DNA from: an uncultured bacterium
GTDB taxonomy: Bacteria > Actinomycetota > Acidimicrobiia > Spongiisociales > UBA5794
Assembly (NCBI GenBank): GCA_963801165.1
Contig: CAWDDT010000009.1
Span: forward strand, 527,501-591,500
Direction of reading: 5' to 3'
DNA: 64,000 nucleotides
This document shows, piece by piece, positions 9,668 to 19,299 of this stretch. Made by a program: the position numbers and the translations under genes. The notes beneath the pieces are model-generated. The model was not told the origin of the DNA, did not search any database, and saw only the letters and a list, made by a program, of their open reading frames with translations. Positions within the stretch are counted from its first letter, which is position 1. Each line of letters opens with the position of its first letter.

Positions 9668-10102
9668 ATGGATATCACAGACACACTCGACATAGCCGCA
9701 GCTCCTGACGACGTGTGGGCCCTAACAATGGACGTCGAGCGCTGGCCGGCGATGACGCCAACGATGACCTCGGTAGAGAAGCTCGACGACGGGCCCGTCG
9801 GTCTGGGGAGCCGTGCGCGCATAAAGCAGCCGGGAATGCGGCCGGCGGTATGGACCGTCACCGACTTCGAACCGGCAAGGCTGTTCGCCTGGGAGACCAA
9901 ACTCGGAACGGTGAGGCTCCGAGGGGAGCATCATCTCGAAGCGACGGATGGCGGGTGCCGGAACACGCTCTCGGTCGAGCTGTCGGGTCTCGGCAGCGGC
10001 ATCCTCCGCATGGTCGCCGGGAGGCGACTCCGGGACGCCATTGCCACCGAGAACAGGGGCTTCAAGCAGACGGCGGAGACCGCCGCAAGGTCAGATTCCT
10101 AG
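9668..10102 (+). CDS. SRPBCC / polyketide cyclase-like family protein
   Basis: IAAAPDDVWALTMDVERWP, GPVGLGSRARIKQP, WTVTDFEP. Confidence 0.85.
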   Translation: MDITDTLDIAAAPDDVWALTMDVERWPAMTPTMTSVEKLDDGPVGLGSRARIKQPGMRPAVWTVTDFEPARLFAWETKLGTVRLRGEHHLEATDGGCRNTLSVELSGLGSGILRMVAGRRLRDAIATENRGFKQTAETAARSDS

Positions 10103-11079
10103 GCACCCACCACCTTGGCGGCGGTCTCACCTAGCAGCGCGACCCGCTCGGGAATGTGGCCGTTCGCCGGCAGGTTGATGGTGAACCCATCGATGCCGAG
10201 TGCCAACTCCTTGCTGAGCCTCTCGCCGACGGTGTCGGGGTCGCCAAAGATGAATCGTCCCTGGAGCTGCGATTTCGCCTCGTCGTCCAGGGTCGACAAG
10301 TCGAAGCCCCGGCCTGCCAGATAGGCGCCGAGGTCGGCCTCGGCCTCCTCCATCGTGGGTGCGATGCAGGCGTTGCGTTGCCATGACACGGTGATTTCAG
10401 ACCGATCCCGGCCGAGTGTCTCGCAGTGCTCGTCGAGCGCTTCCAGCTTGCGGGGAACGTCCTGAGGGGCGCAGATGAGATTAGAGTCGTCGGCGTACTG
10501 CGCCACCATGCGCAGAGTCTTCTTCTCACCGGCGCCGCCGATCATCACCGGGATGCGCCCCACCGGGGGTGGCTGGTTGATGACATCCTTGACCTGGTAG
10601 TGCTTGCCGTCGAGGGTCGGGCGCTCGCCGCGCAACATGGGGAGCACGATATTGAGCGATTCCTCGAGCTTCTCGAACCGATCGGTGAACGTCCCGAAGG
10701 GGATCCCAAACGAGTCATGCTCGAGCTCGTACCAACCGGCGCCGATCCCGAGCTGTGCTCGTCCACCGGAGACGATGTCGAGTGCCGTCACCGTCTTGGC
10801 GAGAACGGCCGGATAGCGGTAGGTGTTGCCCGTCACCAGCGACCCGAGACGCACATTCGTGGTCTCCCGCGCCAGGCCCGCCAGCAGCGTGTAGCACTCG
10901 ATCATGTAGTCATCCGGGTTGCCCAGCATGGGAAGCTGATAGAAGTGATCCATCAACAGCACCGTGTCGAACCCGGAGGTGTCGGCTTCCTTCGCCTGGC
11001 GGGCGATGGCCTCGAACAGCCCGGAGGGACCTACATCGGGGTAGGTGAAGTTGGGAATCTGGTATCCGAGCTTGGTCAT
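10099..11079 (-). CDS. LLM-class, probably F420-dependent, oxidoreductase
   Basis: Start at MTKLGYQIPNF. Motifs MDHFYQLP, LVTGNTYRYPAVLAK, GIGAGWYELEH, IGGAGEKKTL. Confidence 0.9.
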   Translation of the reverse strand: MTKLGYQIPNFTYPDVGPSGLFEAIARQAKEADTSGFDTVLLMDHFYQLPMLGNPDDYMIECYTLLAGLARETTNVRLGSLVTGNTYRYPAVLAKTVTALDIVSGGRAQLGIGAGWYELEHDSFGIPFGTFTDRFEKLEESLNIVLPMLRGERPTLDGKHYQVKDVINQPPPVGRIPVMIGGAGEKKTLRMVAQYADDSNLICAPQDVPRKLEALDEHCETLGRDRSEITVSWQRNACIAPTMEEAEADLGAYLAGRGFDLSTLDDEAKSQLQGRFIFGDPDTVGERLSKELALGIDGFTINLPANGHIPERVALLGETAAKVVGA

Positions 11080-11210
11080 GCCTGGCTCCTTCCGTGCGGC
11101 ATTCGACACGCTGACCCTACTCAACCATGGGGGCGAGAAAGCCGTGCCGTTCGGCGTCGACTGTGCAAGACCAACCCAATCCTGAGTCCCGGGGCGAGGG
11201 AGAGAGGGTT

Positions 11211-12329
11211 CTATTCGCCCACGCTGATCTTCAGGTCTCGCGCCGTTTGCAGCCACGGGTGATCGAGTGGAACCGTCTTTCTGCGTCCTGCGACGTCCTC
11301 GAGGGGGACGGTTACGCACTCGCCGTTCTGCATCGCGACCATCACCCCGGACTTGCCGGCAGCGATGAAGTCGGCACAGGCGGCGCCGAGACGGGTTGCC
11401 AGCAGCCGGTCGCTCGGCGACGGCGTGCCGCCCCTTTGCACATGACCCAGGATCGTGACCCGGGACTCGAGACCGGTGAGCGTCTCGAGGTTCCTGGCGA
11501 GCGTTGCCGTGTGGCTCTGGCTGTCCCTGGCGATGAGCGCGAGCGTCTCTTCCGCCTTGGTGGCCACTTCCTCGTTGTCGGAGCCCTTCTCCTCGAGAGC
11601 CTTGTCCCGCACCGCGGCGACCTCGCGGGAGGTGGCGCCCTCCGAGATGACGACGATGCTGAACGTGCTTCCCTTGGCACGGCGGTCGAGGACGGCCTCG
11701 GCGATCCCCTCGATTCGGTATGGGATCTCGGGGATGAGGATCACGTCGCCACCACCGGCGAGACCGGCGCCGAGTGCGATCCACCCGGTGTTGTGACCCA
11801 TCACCTCGACAAGCACGATGCGGTGATGCGAGTGTGCCGTCGAGTGAAGCCGGTCGATCGCTTCCGTGGCAATGCCCATCGCCGTGTCGAAGCCCAGCGT
11901 CGTGTCGGTGTGGACCAGATCGTTGTCGATGGTCTTGGGCAGCGTCAGAACCGGGACCCCCTTTTCTGCGAGCCGCATCGCGTTCTTGGCGGTTCCGCCT
12001 CCACCGAGACATACCAGAGCATCGAGTTGGTGGCCCTCGATGTTCTCGATCATCAAGTCGGTCATGTCGAGGACCTTGCCGCCGACGTCCATTTTGTGCG
12101 GCTTGTCGCGGCTGGTACCGAGGAAGGTACCGCCCTTGGTGAGGATGCCCGAGAGCGCGCTGCTGTCGAGACGGATAAACCGGTTCTGCATCAAGCCACG
12201 GAACCCGTCCCGGAAGCCGATCACGGCCATGTCGTGGGTTCGGATCGCTGCCTTGCCCAACCCACGCATCGCAGCATTCAGTCCCGGGGAATCGCCGCCC
12301 GCGGTCAGGATTCCGATCTGCTTGGTCAT
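11211..12329 (-). CDS. pfkA: 6-phosphofructokinase (PfkA family, group III type)
   Basis: [47 protein letters not shown]. Confidence 0.92.
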   Translation of the reverse strand: MTKQIGILTAGGDSPGLNAAMRGLGKAAIRTHDMAVIGFRDGFRGLMQNRFIRLDSSALSGILTKGGTFLGTSRDKPHKMDVGGKVLDMTDLMIENIEGHQLDALVCLGGGGTAKNAMRLAEKGVPVLTLPKTIDNDLVHTDTTLGFDTAMGIATEAIDRLHSTAHSHHRIVLVEVMGHNTGWIALGAGLAGGGDVILIPEIPYRIEGIAEAVLDRRAKGSTFSIVVISEGATSREVAAVRDKALEEKGSDNEEVATKAEETLALIARDSQSHTATLARNLETLTGLESRVTILGHVQRGGTPSPSDRLLATRLGAACADFIAAGKSGVMVAMQNGECVTVPLEDVAGRRKTVPLDHPWLQTARDLKISVGE

Positions 12330-12418
12330 GCTCCCTCTCCGAATTGCCTCTGTGCCCGATCATACGCGCATAGCGAGCACGAGGTCGGGAGCCCTGGCAA
12401 CGAACTACCGTGATGCGG

Positions 12419-12874
12419 ATGGAAGACAACGCACAGAGACGTCTCGAGGTGATCGCCGACTCGCTCGGGATCGGGGTGCTGAGCCGGCACATCCTGTTGT
12501 GCGCCGAGCAGACGACACCGCGCTGCTCCACCTATGAGGACAGCTCCCGCGTGTGGGCATACCTGAAGCGCCGGCTCAAGGAGCTTGATCTGGCATCGGC
12601 GCCGCCGGGATGGCGCGGCAACGACCTGGATGATCCGCCGGGCCCGGTGCCCGGTCCTGGTGGGTCGGTGCTGCGCACCAAGGTCGACTGCTTCCGTGTG
12701 TGCGAGCGGGGCCCGATCGCTGTCGTCTACCCCGACGGCGTCTGGTACCACTCGGTCGACGAGCAGGTGATGGAGAGGATCATCACCGAGCATCTGCTGG
12801 GGGGCCGGCCCGTCGCCGAGTACGTATTTGCCTTCGACAGGCTCGGCCTCAACCCCGGCGTGGAGGGCGGGTGA
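12419..12874 (+). CDS. Thioredoxin-like (2Fe-2S) ferredoxin
   Basis: [43 protein letters not shown]. Confidence 0.85.
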   Translation: MEDNAQRRLEVIADSLGIGVLSRHILLCAEQTTPRCSTYEDSSRVWAYLKRRLKELDLASAPPGWRGNDLDDPPGPVPGPGGSVLRTKVDCFRVCERGPIAVVYPDGVWYHSVDEQVMERIITEHLLGGRPVAEYVFAFDRLGLNPGVEGG

Positions 12875-13791
12875 TGGCGAGGCCGTTCCGCTGGCTCAGC
12901 TACGGGGCGATCGGCTGGCTCGCCTGGCGGCTCTTCGGTCCCGAGCTGACACCGCGGTTCCGCGGCCCCCAGCACAATGCGCTGCCGGTTCCGGGGCGCA
13001 CCGTTGTGGTGGGTGAGCACGAGCTGTTCGTCCGCGAGACCGGTCCCGAAGATGCGCCGGTGCTCGTGCTGATACACGGCTGGAACCTCGACGGGGCAAT
13101 GACGTTTCACCGCATCATTCCCGGGCTCGCCCAGCGGTACCGGGTGATCGTTCCCGACCTGCGTAACCACGGTCGCAGCGATTGGGTACGGGGGAGGGTC
13201 GAGATCTCCGATCTGGCCGATGACGTCGCCGGCGTCCTCGATGCCCTGGGTGTCTCGCAGGCCACCGTGTTCGGGTACTCGATGGGAGGCATGGTTCTCC
13301 AGGAGCTCGCCCGCCGTCATCCCCGCCATGTCGAGTCGATGATCCTGGCTGCCACCGCCTCGTGCCCGATCCCCGACATGCGGATCGTCACCCGGGCCGC
13401 CTTCTGGCTCGCCAGGGGTGGGCTGCGCATATCCCTGCACGAGATCGCCAGAGCCACCGGCGAGGTTCTGCATCGCACCGGCGCAGTGCGTGACGACCAC
13501 CGCCGTTGGATGCACGAGGCCCTCATCAAAAGGGATCCGGATTTGTACTACGAGATAGGCGCCGCGGTATGGCGGTTCGACGCCCGTTCCTGGGTGGGCG
13601 ACCTACCCCAGCGGAAGCTGATCATCATCCCGACCGCTGATGAGATCGTGCCCCCGAAGGCGCAGTACGAGATGGCGTCACTGTTGCCGGGCGCCGACGT
13701 GCTCGAGTTGGAGGGCGGTCTTCACGAGTCGGTGCTCAACCGGCCACTCGAATACATCGAAGCGATCACGAAATTCGCGGAAGCGTCCTGA
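12874..13791 (+). CDS. Alpha/beta fold hydrolase
   Basis: HGW, PDLRNHGRS, nucleophile elbow GYSMGG. ATG overlaps the ferredoxin stop (TGATG). Confidence 0.88.
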   Translation: MARPFRWLSYGAIGWLAWRLFGPELTPRFRGPQHNALPVPGRTVVVGEHELFVRETGPEDAPVLVLIHGWNLDGAMTFHRIIPGLAQRYRVIVPDLRNHGRSDWVRGRVEISDLADDVAGVLDALGVSQATVFGYSMGGMVLQELARRHPRHVESMILAATASCPIPDMRIVTRAAFWLARGGLRISLHEIARATGEVLHRTGAVRDDHRRWMHEALIKRDPDLYYEIGAAVWRFDARSWVGDLPQRKLIIIPTADEIVPPKAQYEMASLLPGADVLELEGGLHESVLNRPLEYIEAITKFAEAS

Positions 13792-14577
13792 TTACTCAAG
13801 ACCCGCTAGAACCGTCTTGACTACGGCGGCGACTGCATCGGGTGCCTCGAGGACGAGGTTGTGTCCCACACCAGGAACGATCACAGGTCGTGCCCCCATC
13901 GCCTTCGCCATTGCCCTGGCGAAATCGGTGTACTTGTCGTCCAGCCCGCCGGCGAGGAACGTTGTCGGCATCGGTAGCGCGGGGAGCCGGTCGGTGACGT
14001 CGGCGACCGCAGCCTGGCCGAGTCCTCGTAGAGCCGCGGCGACTCCTGCCGCTGAGTTCTCCAACCGAAGCTCCCGATCGTTGTCACGAGCGTCGGGGTC
14101 GGCCCGCAAGGGGGCAACCAACGGATTTGCCAGCCACTCGTCGATGAAACGGACGAGGCCGATCCGCTCGATGCGTGACGCCAGCCCGGCGTCGGCGGCT
14201 TCCCGCAGTCGTCTCGCCCGTCCGATGAGCCCCGGGGAGGTAGAGATGAGGACAAGACTCCCGACCAGCGAGGGCTGGTTCAGTGCTACCTGGAGGGCGA
14301 TCCGGCCACCCTGTGAGTATCCGAGCAGGAGCGGCTTGTCGTAGCCGGCAAGCATCTGAGATAACGCATCGACAGCCGTCCGCATCGTGACCGGTGCGAT
14401 CGTCGTGCGGCCGTGTCCGGGGAGATCGGGGGCGGCTACCGGCTCCCCGAGGTGCCGTGCGAAACCTGCCCACATCCCACCGTGCAGGCTGAAACCGTGG
14501 AGGGCGACCACCCGCGGCTGCCCCGTGCCGTGGGTGCGCACCCAGAGACCGCCGTGTGCAGTGGCAATGTCGGTCAT
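13792..14577 (-). CDS. MenH-like alpha/beta hydrolase
   Basis: LHGF, DLPGHG, GYSQGGRIAL, STSPG..R.AD, GLDDKY, GHN. Similar to the SHCHC synthase family, but no other men genes are in the window. Confidence 0.7.
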   Translation of the reverse strand: MTDIATAHGGLWVRTHGTGQPRVVALHGFSLHGGMWAGFARHLGEPVAAPDLPGHGRTTIAPVTMRTAVDALSQMLAGYDKPLLLGYSQGGRIALQVALNQPSLVGSLVLISTSPGLIGRARRLREAADAGLASRIERIGLVRFIDEWLANPLVAPLRADPDARDNDRELRLENSAAGVAAALRGLGQAAVADVTDRLPALPMPTTFLAGGLDDKYTDFARAMAKAMGARPVIVPGVGHNLVLEAPDAVAAVVKTVLAGLE

Positions 14578-14666
14578 TGCGGCGGGGGCCTATATTCGGA
14601 GTTGAGCATCCGGTAGACGACCGTCGCCCCGATGGCCGCGATCACGATGAGGATCACCTTTTTCAC
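14574..14666 (-). CDS. Small 30-aa single-TM protein MKKVILIVIAAIGATVVYRMLNSEYRPPPQ (not in the ORF track)
   Basis: GTG start, basic N-terminus followed by a hydrophobic helix. The stop overlaps the ATG of the MenH-like gene (ATGA). Confidence 0.65.
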   Translation of the reverse strand: MKKVILIVIAAIGATVVYRMLNSEYRPPPQ

Positions 14667-14703
14667 CGCGACATCATAAGACGATGAAGCAGAGCCCGAT
14701 CTG

Positions 14704-16467
14704 GTGCGCGAGAATTGGCGTGTGGATGGTCCCTTCTTGGAAGCCAGGGCTGCTTTCGACAGGTGGCGGCAACGCTTCCCGACAAACGTGTTCAGCAGTG
14801 ACGCTCATCTCGATCTGGTGCTCGCTCGCCATATCGATGGTGATCGGTTGGCCTCCCTCCGCGAGGAAGCCGGCAGCTTCGGAGCGGTGGTTGCCGGACA
14901 GCTCGAGCCGTTGGTGGAGACCTACCGAACGCACCTCCCCGAGTTGGTGAAATACGACGGCTATGGGAACCGCATCGAGATGATCCGGTTTCACGATGCC
15001 TACCACACCGCAGGTGAGCTCGTTTGGGGCTCAGGGTTGCTGGCACACTCGGCCGCGGCCGGCGGATCGTTCGAGCAGGCCACCCTGTTCTACCTGGCGT
15101 CGCTGGAGGGGGAGATGGGTCACATGTGCGCCGCAACCTGCACCACAGGAGCGGTCCGGGTGTTGCGCCGCTACGCCGACCCGGACATGTGCAACCGCTA
15201 TCTCCCGGGCTTGACCGGAAACGACTACCGGGCCGCAATCCGGGCGTCGCAGTTTCTTACCGAAGTCCAGGGTGGCAGCGACGTCGGCGCCAACGCCTCG
15301 GTGGCGAGGAGCAGCAGCGAAGGCTACGACATAACGGGGGAGAAGTGGTTCTGCTCGGTGGCCGACGCCGATCTATTCCTGCTACTGGCCCGGCCGGAAG
15401 GTGGGCCGGGTGGGACCTCCGGGCTGGGATGTTTCGTAGTACCCAGGACCATCGATGGCTCACCGAACGGCTTTTCGATACGTCGGCTCAAGGACAAGCT
15501 GGGCACGACGGCCATGGCCTCAGGTGAGGTCGACTTCGACGGCGCCCGGGCCTATGTCGTGGGGGAGCCCGACGCCGGATTCAAGATCATGGTCACGGCC
15601 ATGCTGAACACCAGCCGGTGGCTCAACGCGGTCGGCGACGTGGGCATGATGCGTCGTGCCTATGTGGAGGCCGCCAACTACGCCGCCGAACGCACCGCGT
15701 TCGGACGCCGCATCGGTGACTTCCCGCTCGTCCGCCGTCAGCTCGGCGAGATCAAGGCCGAGTGGCTGGCGGCCCTGCACAGCACGTGGGAGTTGACCGG
15801 GCTCGACGAAGCCGTCGACATCGAGGCGATGGGCGGGTCGCCGGTATCGTCGCTGGATGAGGGGTTCCATCGCTATCTCGTGAACGCCAACAAGCTCGTG
15901 TGCTCGCTTGCAGCCACCGGGGTGGTGCGGGCGGCGATCGAGGTGCTCGGCGGTAACGGGGCGATCGAGGAGTTCAGCGTTCTGCCCCGCTTGTTGCGTG
16001 ATGCGGTCGTCTACGAGCAATGGGAGGGCACCCACAACGTGCTGACGGCGCAGGTGTTGCGAGATCTGGGCAGGTTGGGGCTCGCCGGCACGGTCGTCGA
16101 CCGCACCGCCACCATCCTCAAGGGCATTGCCGATCCGGACCTGGGCCATGTCGCCGATCGTGCCCAGACCGAGCTCGAGGAGCTGGCCGGCAGGGTGGCC
16201 GAATGCGTCCACGAGCCCGAGTACGGCGCTCTGCATTTCCGTGGGTTGCTGGAGCGGTTGGTCCGGGCACATCAGGTGGCGCTGCTGCTCCAGGGCGCCG
16301 AAGCGGCGGCCGCTGCCGGGGATGATCGCTCGGGCGAGTTGGGAGTCGAGCTGTCGGCCGCAGCCGAGATCATCCTCGGTCGGTATGTCGAGCGCGACTA
16401 CCGCTCTGAGGAAGATCCCCGCTTCGAGAGCCTGGTGGCCCGGCTGCTCGGCTCAGATCTGGGGTAG
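14704..16467 (+). CDS. Acyl-CoA dehydrogenase (AidB-like subfamily)
   Basis: QFLTEVQGGSDVG, GEKWFCS, RRLKDKLGT..MASGEV, GGNGAIEEF, WEGTHNV. The start could be the GTG at 14722. Confidence 0.88.
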   Translation: MRENWRVDGPFLEARAAFDRWRQRFPTNVFSSDAHLDLVLARHIDGDRLASLREEAGSFGAVVAGQLEPLVETYRTHLPELVKYDGYGNRIEMIRFHDAYHTAGELVWGSGLLAHSAAAGGSFEQATLFYLASLEGEMGHMCAATCTTGAVRVLRRYADPDMCNRYLPGLTGNDYRAAIRASQFLTEVQGGSDVGANASVARSSSEGYDITGEKWFCSVADADLFLLLARPEGGPGGTSGLGCFVVPRTIDGSPNGFSIRRLKDKLGTTAMASGEVDFDGARAYVVGEPDAGFKIMVTAMLNTSRWLNAVGDVGMMRRAYVEAANYAAERTAFGRRIGDFPLVRRQLGEIKAEWLAALHSTWELTGLDEAVDIEAMGGSPVSSLDEGFHRYLVNANKLVCSLAATGVVRAAIEVLGGNGAIEEFSVLPRLLRDAVVYEQWEGTHNVLTAQVLRDLGRLGLAGTVVDRTATILKGIADPDLGHVADRAQTELEELAGRVAECVHEPEYGALHFRGLLERLVRAHQVALLLQGAEAAAAAGDDRSGELGVELSAAAEIILGRYVERDYRSEEDPRFESLVARLLGSDLG

Positions 16468-17193
16468 GAGCGCGGCGAACCGGTTCATCAGCTCGTCGAA
16501 GCTGGTCGGGGTCACCGTCACGTACCCGTCGCGGTGGCTGAGCCGCCAGTATCCGGCGAAGCTCCCGTCGAGCACGGACAGGCGTGCCTCCTCGCGGTGA
16601 CGCCGGTCGCCGAGCCAGACAGACTCGACCGTCCACAGTGAGCGGCGCATGATGAGGGTGGCCAGCATGCGGTCGACCCACGGCGCGGCGATCCCGGCGG
16701 CCGTCATCTCCTGCTCGGCACGCAGCGGGTCTGTGGTGATCATCGACTCGATGCGGGTGAGCGTCGCGATCGGCAGGCGGAAGCTACCCGCGTAGGCGGG
16801 CTGCGGCCGGGGTACGAGGCGAACCGCCTGGGCGAGATGGAAGGGAAGGAGCGGTGGATCGATCTGAATCAATTCGAAACGGCCGTCGTGGTCCCGACAG
16901 CCGAGAACTGCGGTGGAGCCGTTCCGCCAGATCGTTGCCAGCTCCGGTTTCTCCGCCGGGCGGGCGTTGTCGATCTCCAGGGTGACCACGAACGTCGGGT
17001 TGGTGATGACCGAGACGAGCGAGCTCACCAGTGGGTCCAGACGGGTTGCCGCCATGATTCCGGCGGCGCGGAGCTCGGTGAGCATCGCCGCGGCCGGGAC
17101 CCTGCCCGAATGTATCGCAAGCAGCGAAGGCATGAGGCGACGTGGGATAGAGACCGAGCGCCGTCCCCGGTCGACAAGCGGTTCGCCGCTCAT
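16453..17193 (-). CDS. EspG-like ESX secretion-associated protein (putative)
   Basis: 246 aa with an EspG-like pattern: ELRAAGI..RLDP.V..LV.V..NP, WRNGSTAVL, LPFHLAQAV.L.PRP, SVLDG..GYW, VTVTPT..DEL..RFAALLP. Lies beside WXG100 and EccC genes. Confidence 0.6.
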   Translation of the reverse strand: MSGEPLVDRGRRSVSIPRRLMPSLLAIHSGRVPAAAMLTELRAAGIMAATRLDPLVSSLVSVITNPTFVVTLEIDNARPAEKPELATIWRNGSTAVLGCRDHDGRFELIQIDPPLLPFHLAQAVRLVPRPQPAYAGSFRLPIATLTRIESMITTDPLRAEQEMTAAGIAAPWVDRMLATLIMRRSLWTVESVWLGDRRHREEARLSVLDGSFAGYWRLSHRDGYVTVTPTSFDELMNRFAALLPQI

Positions 17194-18041
17194 ACGGCCG
17201 CCGGGGCGACGTCGGCGACCACCCAGACGCCGCCGGAGATGGCCATGGTCAGCACGTACTGGAGTTGGTGAGTGATGCCGTTGCTCTTGGTGGCAACGAC
17301 GCCAATCCGGATCTCGCCCGTCAGGTTGGCACCGAGAGGTCGGGCGGCGATCTCCTGGTAGGGCGCGGTATCGAAGCGGACGATGTTGCTCGGTGATGCC
17401 AGATAGCGGCTCAGCTCGTCACCGCCGGTCAGGTACTCCTGAATGAAGGCCATTGCTGCGACCGCCTGGTCGTCCGGAACCGGATCGGAGAACAGCGAGG
17501 CCGTCTGATCGACCACGGCCGCGATCGGCACCCGGGAAGGCAACCCGATTGCGGTCGGCTTGTCACCGACCGAGGTGACGAGGACGTTGAATTCCTGGAG
17601 ATCGGCCGGCTCGTAGACGGTATCCGCCAGCTCGAGCGCATCGACGGCAACCGTCACCGACCAGGTGTGATCGTCGACCGGCTCCCCGGCGATGGCGGCC
17701 GTCTGGTTGATCCAAATGCGTTGCTGGTCACCATCGGCGACGGCCGACAACTCGCGGGCTGTATAGAGCTCGGCGTAACCGGCGATCTCAGCCGGTAGTC
17801 CTGGGGTTTCCCCAACCACAGTCGAAGAGCCCGTAGTCAGGCCCGAGCCAAACCAGCCGGCCACCGCACCTACGAACAGCGCCAGGGCGACGCCGAAGGT
17901 GACCCACAGTCTGCTGCCCCTGTGCGGTGTGGAGGCCGGTGCGGGCTCGATCGGCGGTGGCACCCGGCACGAGTGTTGCGGCGGCGGCTCGGGCGACGAG
18001 GAATCGTCGACGGGGGTCCCGAGGATATCGACGAGGCTCAT
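17190..18041 (-). CDS. TcpC / VirB8-like conjugal-transfer scaffold protein (putative)
   Basis: Pro-rich N-terminus, one TM helix, then two NTF2-like halves: GYAELY..WSVTVAV..FNVLV..GLPSRVP and AFIQEYLTGGDELSRY..YVLTM..GGVWVVADV. ATGA-coupled to both neighbours. Confidence 0.68.
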   Translation of the reverse strand: MSLVDILGTPVDDSSSPEPPPQHSCRVPPPIEPAPASTPHRGSRLWVTFGVALALFVGAVAGWFGSGLTTGSSTVVGETPGLPAEIAGYAELYTARELSAVADGDQQRIWINQTAAIAGEPVDDHTWSVTVAVDALELADTVYEPADLQEFNVLVTSVGDKPTAIGLPSRVPIAAVVDQTASLFSDPVPDDQAVAAMAFIQEYLTGGDELSRYLASPSNIVRFDTAPYQEIAARPLGANLTGEIRIGVVATKSNGITHQLQYVLTMAISGGVWVVADVAPAAV

Positions 18042-18886
18042 GGCTGTAACCCGGCGATGGGTAAGAGGATCATCTCCCCGGGGTAGATGAGATTGGGGTC
18101 GCCCGACCTGAGCGTGTCCCGGTTGGCGGCGATCACCGTGCGCCAATAGTCGTCGATCTGAGCAGAGGTCGGCTTGTCACCAAGCACGGTCCGCAGACGT
18201 GCGGCGGCGATAGTCCAGAGGTTGTCTCCCCGCTCGACCGTGTAGGTGGAGTCGGTGGCGGGACCGGTGACCGCGGCGGCAACCGCCGGAAGATTTGCGA
18301 TAACGGCCGGCTGGACGGCGTCGGGCGGGGGTGCTTCGGAGGTCGGAGGAGCGACCGGCTGTTCGGGCGGGGTGTCGAGTTGCGGGGTGACCGCGGGCGT
18401 CTGCTCGGCTACGGGTGTCGGCTCGTGATTGTTCATCGCGGGACCGATGTGGGGGACGGGAATGCCGTCCGGGGAGGTCTCGAAGACGATGGGCGGTGGC
18501 GTCGGTTGCGCCGGTTCCGCCCGCAGTGATGCGACCGGCGCTGCGAGCACGGAGATCGCCAGCGACGCGGCCAGGGTGCCATCGATGAGCCGTCTGATCG
18601 GGGGCAGCGTCACCAGAGAGATCCAGTGCGGCCGGTGTTCGGCTCTGACCAGCGACAGCGCGTAGTAGAGGACGGTTGTGATGAGTACCCAGTACCCGAT
18701 CGCCAGCCCGGCGTAGCGAAATCCGGCTCCCATCACGTCGGCGGGAGCGGAGGCGTTGATCCAGGTGAGCGGGCTCTGCCAGTCGACGGCAAACCCCGGC
18801 ACGCCGCCCAACGCATGCAGTCCCACCGTGATGAGGGTTGTTGCTGCAAGCAACCCCGCGATCCCGGAAGTCCTGTACCTGTCCAT
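18038..18886 (-). CDS. Membrane protein with Pro-rich linker and C-terminal LysM peptidoglycan-binding domain
   Basis: 2-3 N-terminal hydrophobic helices and YTVERGDNLWTIA..ANR..DPNLIYPGEMILLP. Confidence 0.88.
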   Translation of the reverse strand: MDRYRTSGIAGLLAATTLITVGLHALGGVPGFAVDWQSPLTWINASAPADVMGAGFRYAGLAIGYWVLITTVLYYALSLVRAEHRPHWISLVTLPPIRRLIDGTLAASLAISVLAAPVASLRAEPAQPTPPPIVFETSPDGIPVPHIGPAMNNHEPTPVAEQTPAVTPQLDTPPEQPVAPPTSEAPPPDAVQPAVIANLPAVAAAVTGPATDSTYTVERGDNLWTIAAARLRTVLGDKPTSAQIDDYWRTVIAANRDTLRSGDPNLIYPGEMILLPIAGLQP

Positions 18887-18892
18887 AACGCA

Positions 18893-18964
18893 ACCCTACA
18901 AGCAATAGATCTATATTGTCAAGAGTTATATAGGATTGACAATCGTTAAATATCGTTATAGCGT
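18893..18964. promoter_or_regulatory. Back-to-back sigma70/SigA-type promoters in an AT-rich spacer
   Basis: Plus strand: TTGACA(18936-41)-N17-TAGCGT(18959-64). Minus strand: TTGACA(18922-17)-N18-TAGGGT(18898-93), which ends 7 nt before the LysM ATG (leaderless). The two -35 boxes form the inverted repeat ATTGTCAA-N13-TTGACAAT. Confidence 0.7.
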
Positions 18965-19012
18965 TTGAATCCATCAAGTCTGGATCAGCCAGGCAGAAAG
19001 AAAGGAAAGGCA

Positions 19013-19288
19013 ATGGCAGCAGGGATGTTTGGGGCAAACCTGGCCGATCTCGATCAGCTCCGATCGTTGTTTGACAACAAGGCGGGCGAGGTTCAGAGCC
19101 TCGAGTCGACCCTCACCAGCAAGGTTGCCCCCGGCGCAACCGCCTGGGAAGGGCCGGGCGCCGACAAGTTCCGGTCTGCTTGGGAGACCGAGTTCGCACC
19201 GGCTCTGCGCAATCTCCGCGAGGCGCTCGTTCAGGCCGGTGTAGCGGTCGCCAAGTACCGGGACAACATTGAGATGGCGACTCGCTGA
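19013..19288 (+). CDS. WXG100 family type VII secretion substrate
   Basis: 91 aa, helical, with central WEGPGADKFRSAW. Strong RBS AAAGGAAAGG. Confidence 0.9.
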   Translation: MAAGMFGANLADLDQLRSLFDNKAGEVQSLESTLTSKVAPGATAWEGPGADKFRSAWETEFAPALRNLREALVQAGVAVAKYRDNIEMATR

Positions 19289-19299
19289 GGAGCGTTGCA

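Noticed and set aside
10099-12531. 810-aa ORF apparently fusing an unknown domain to the LLM oxidoreductase
   Set aside because: The upstream part is an alternative frame of pfkA. The LLM gene has its own RBS and ATG at 11079.
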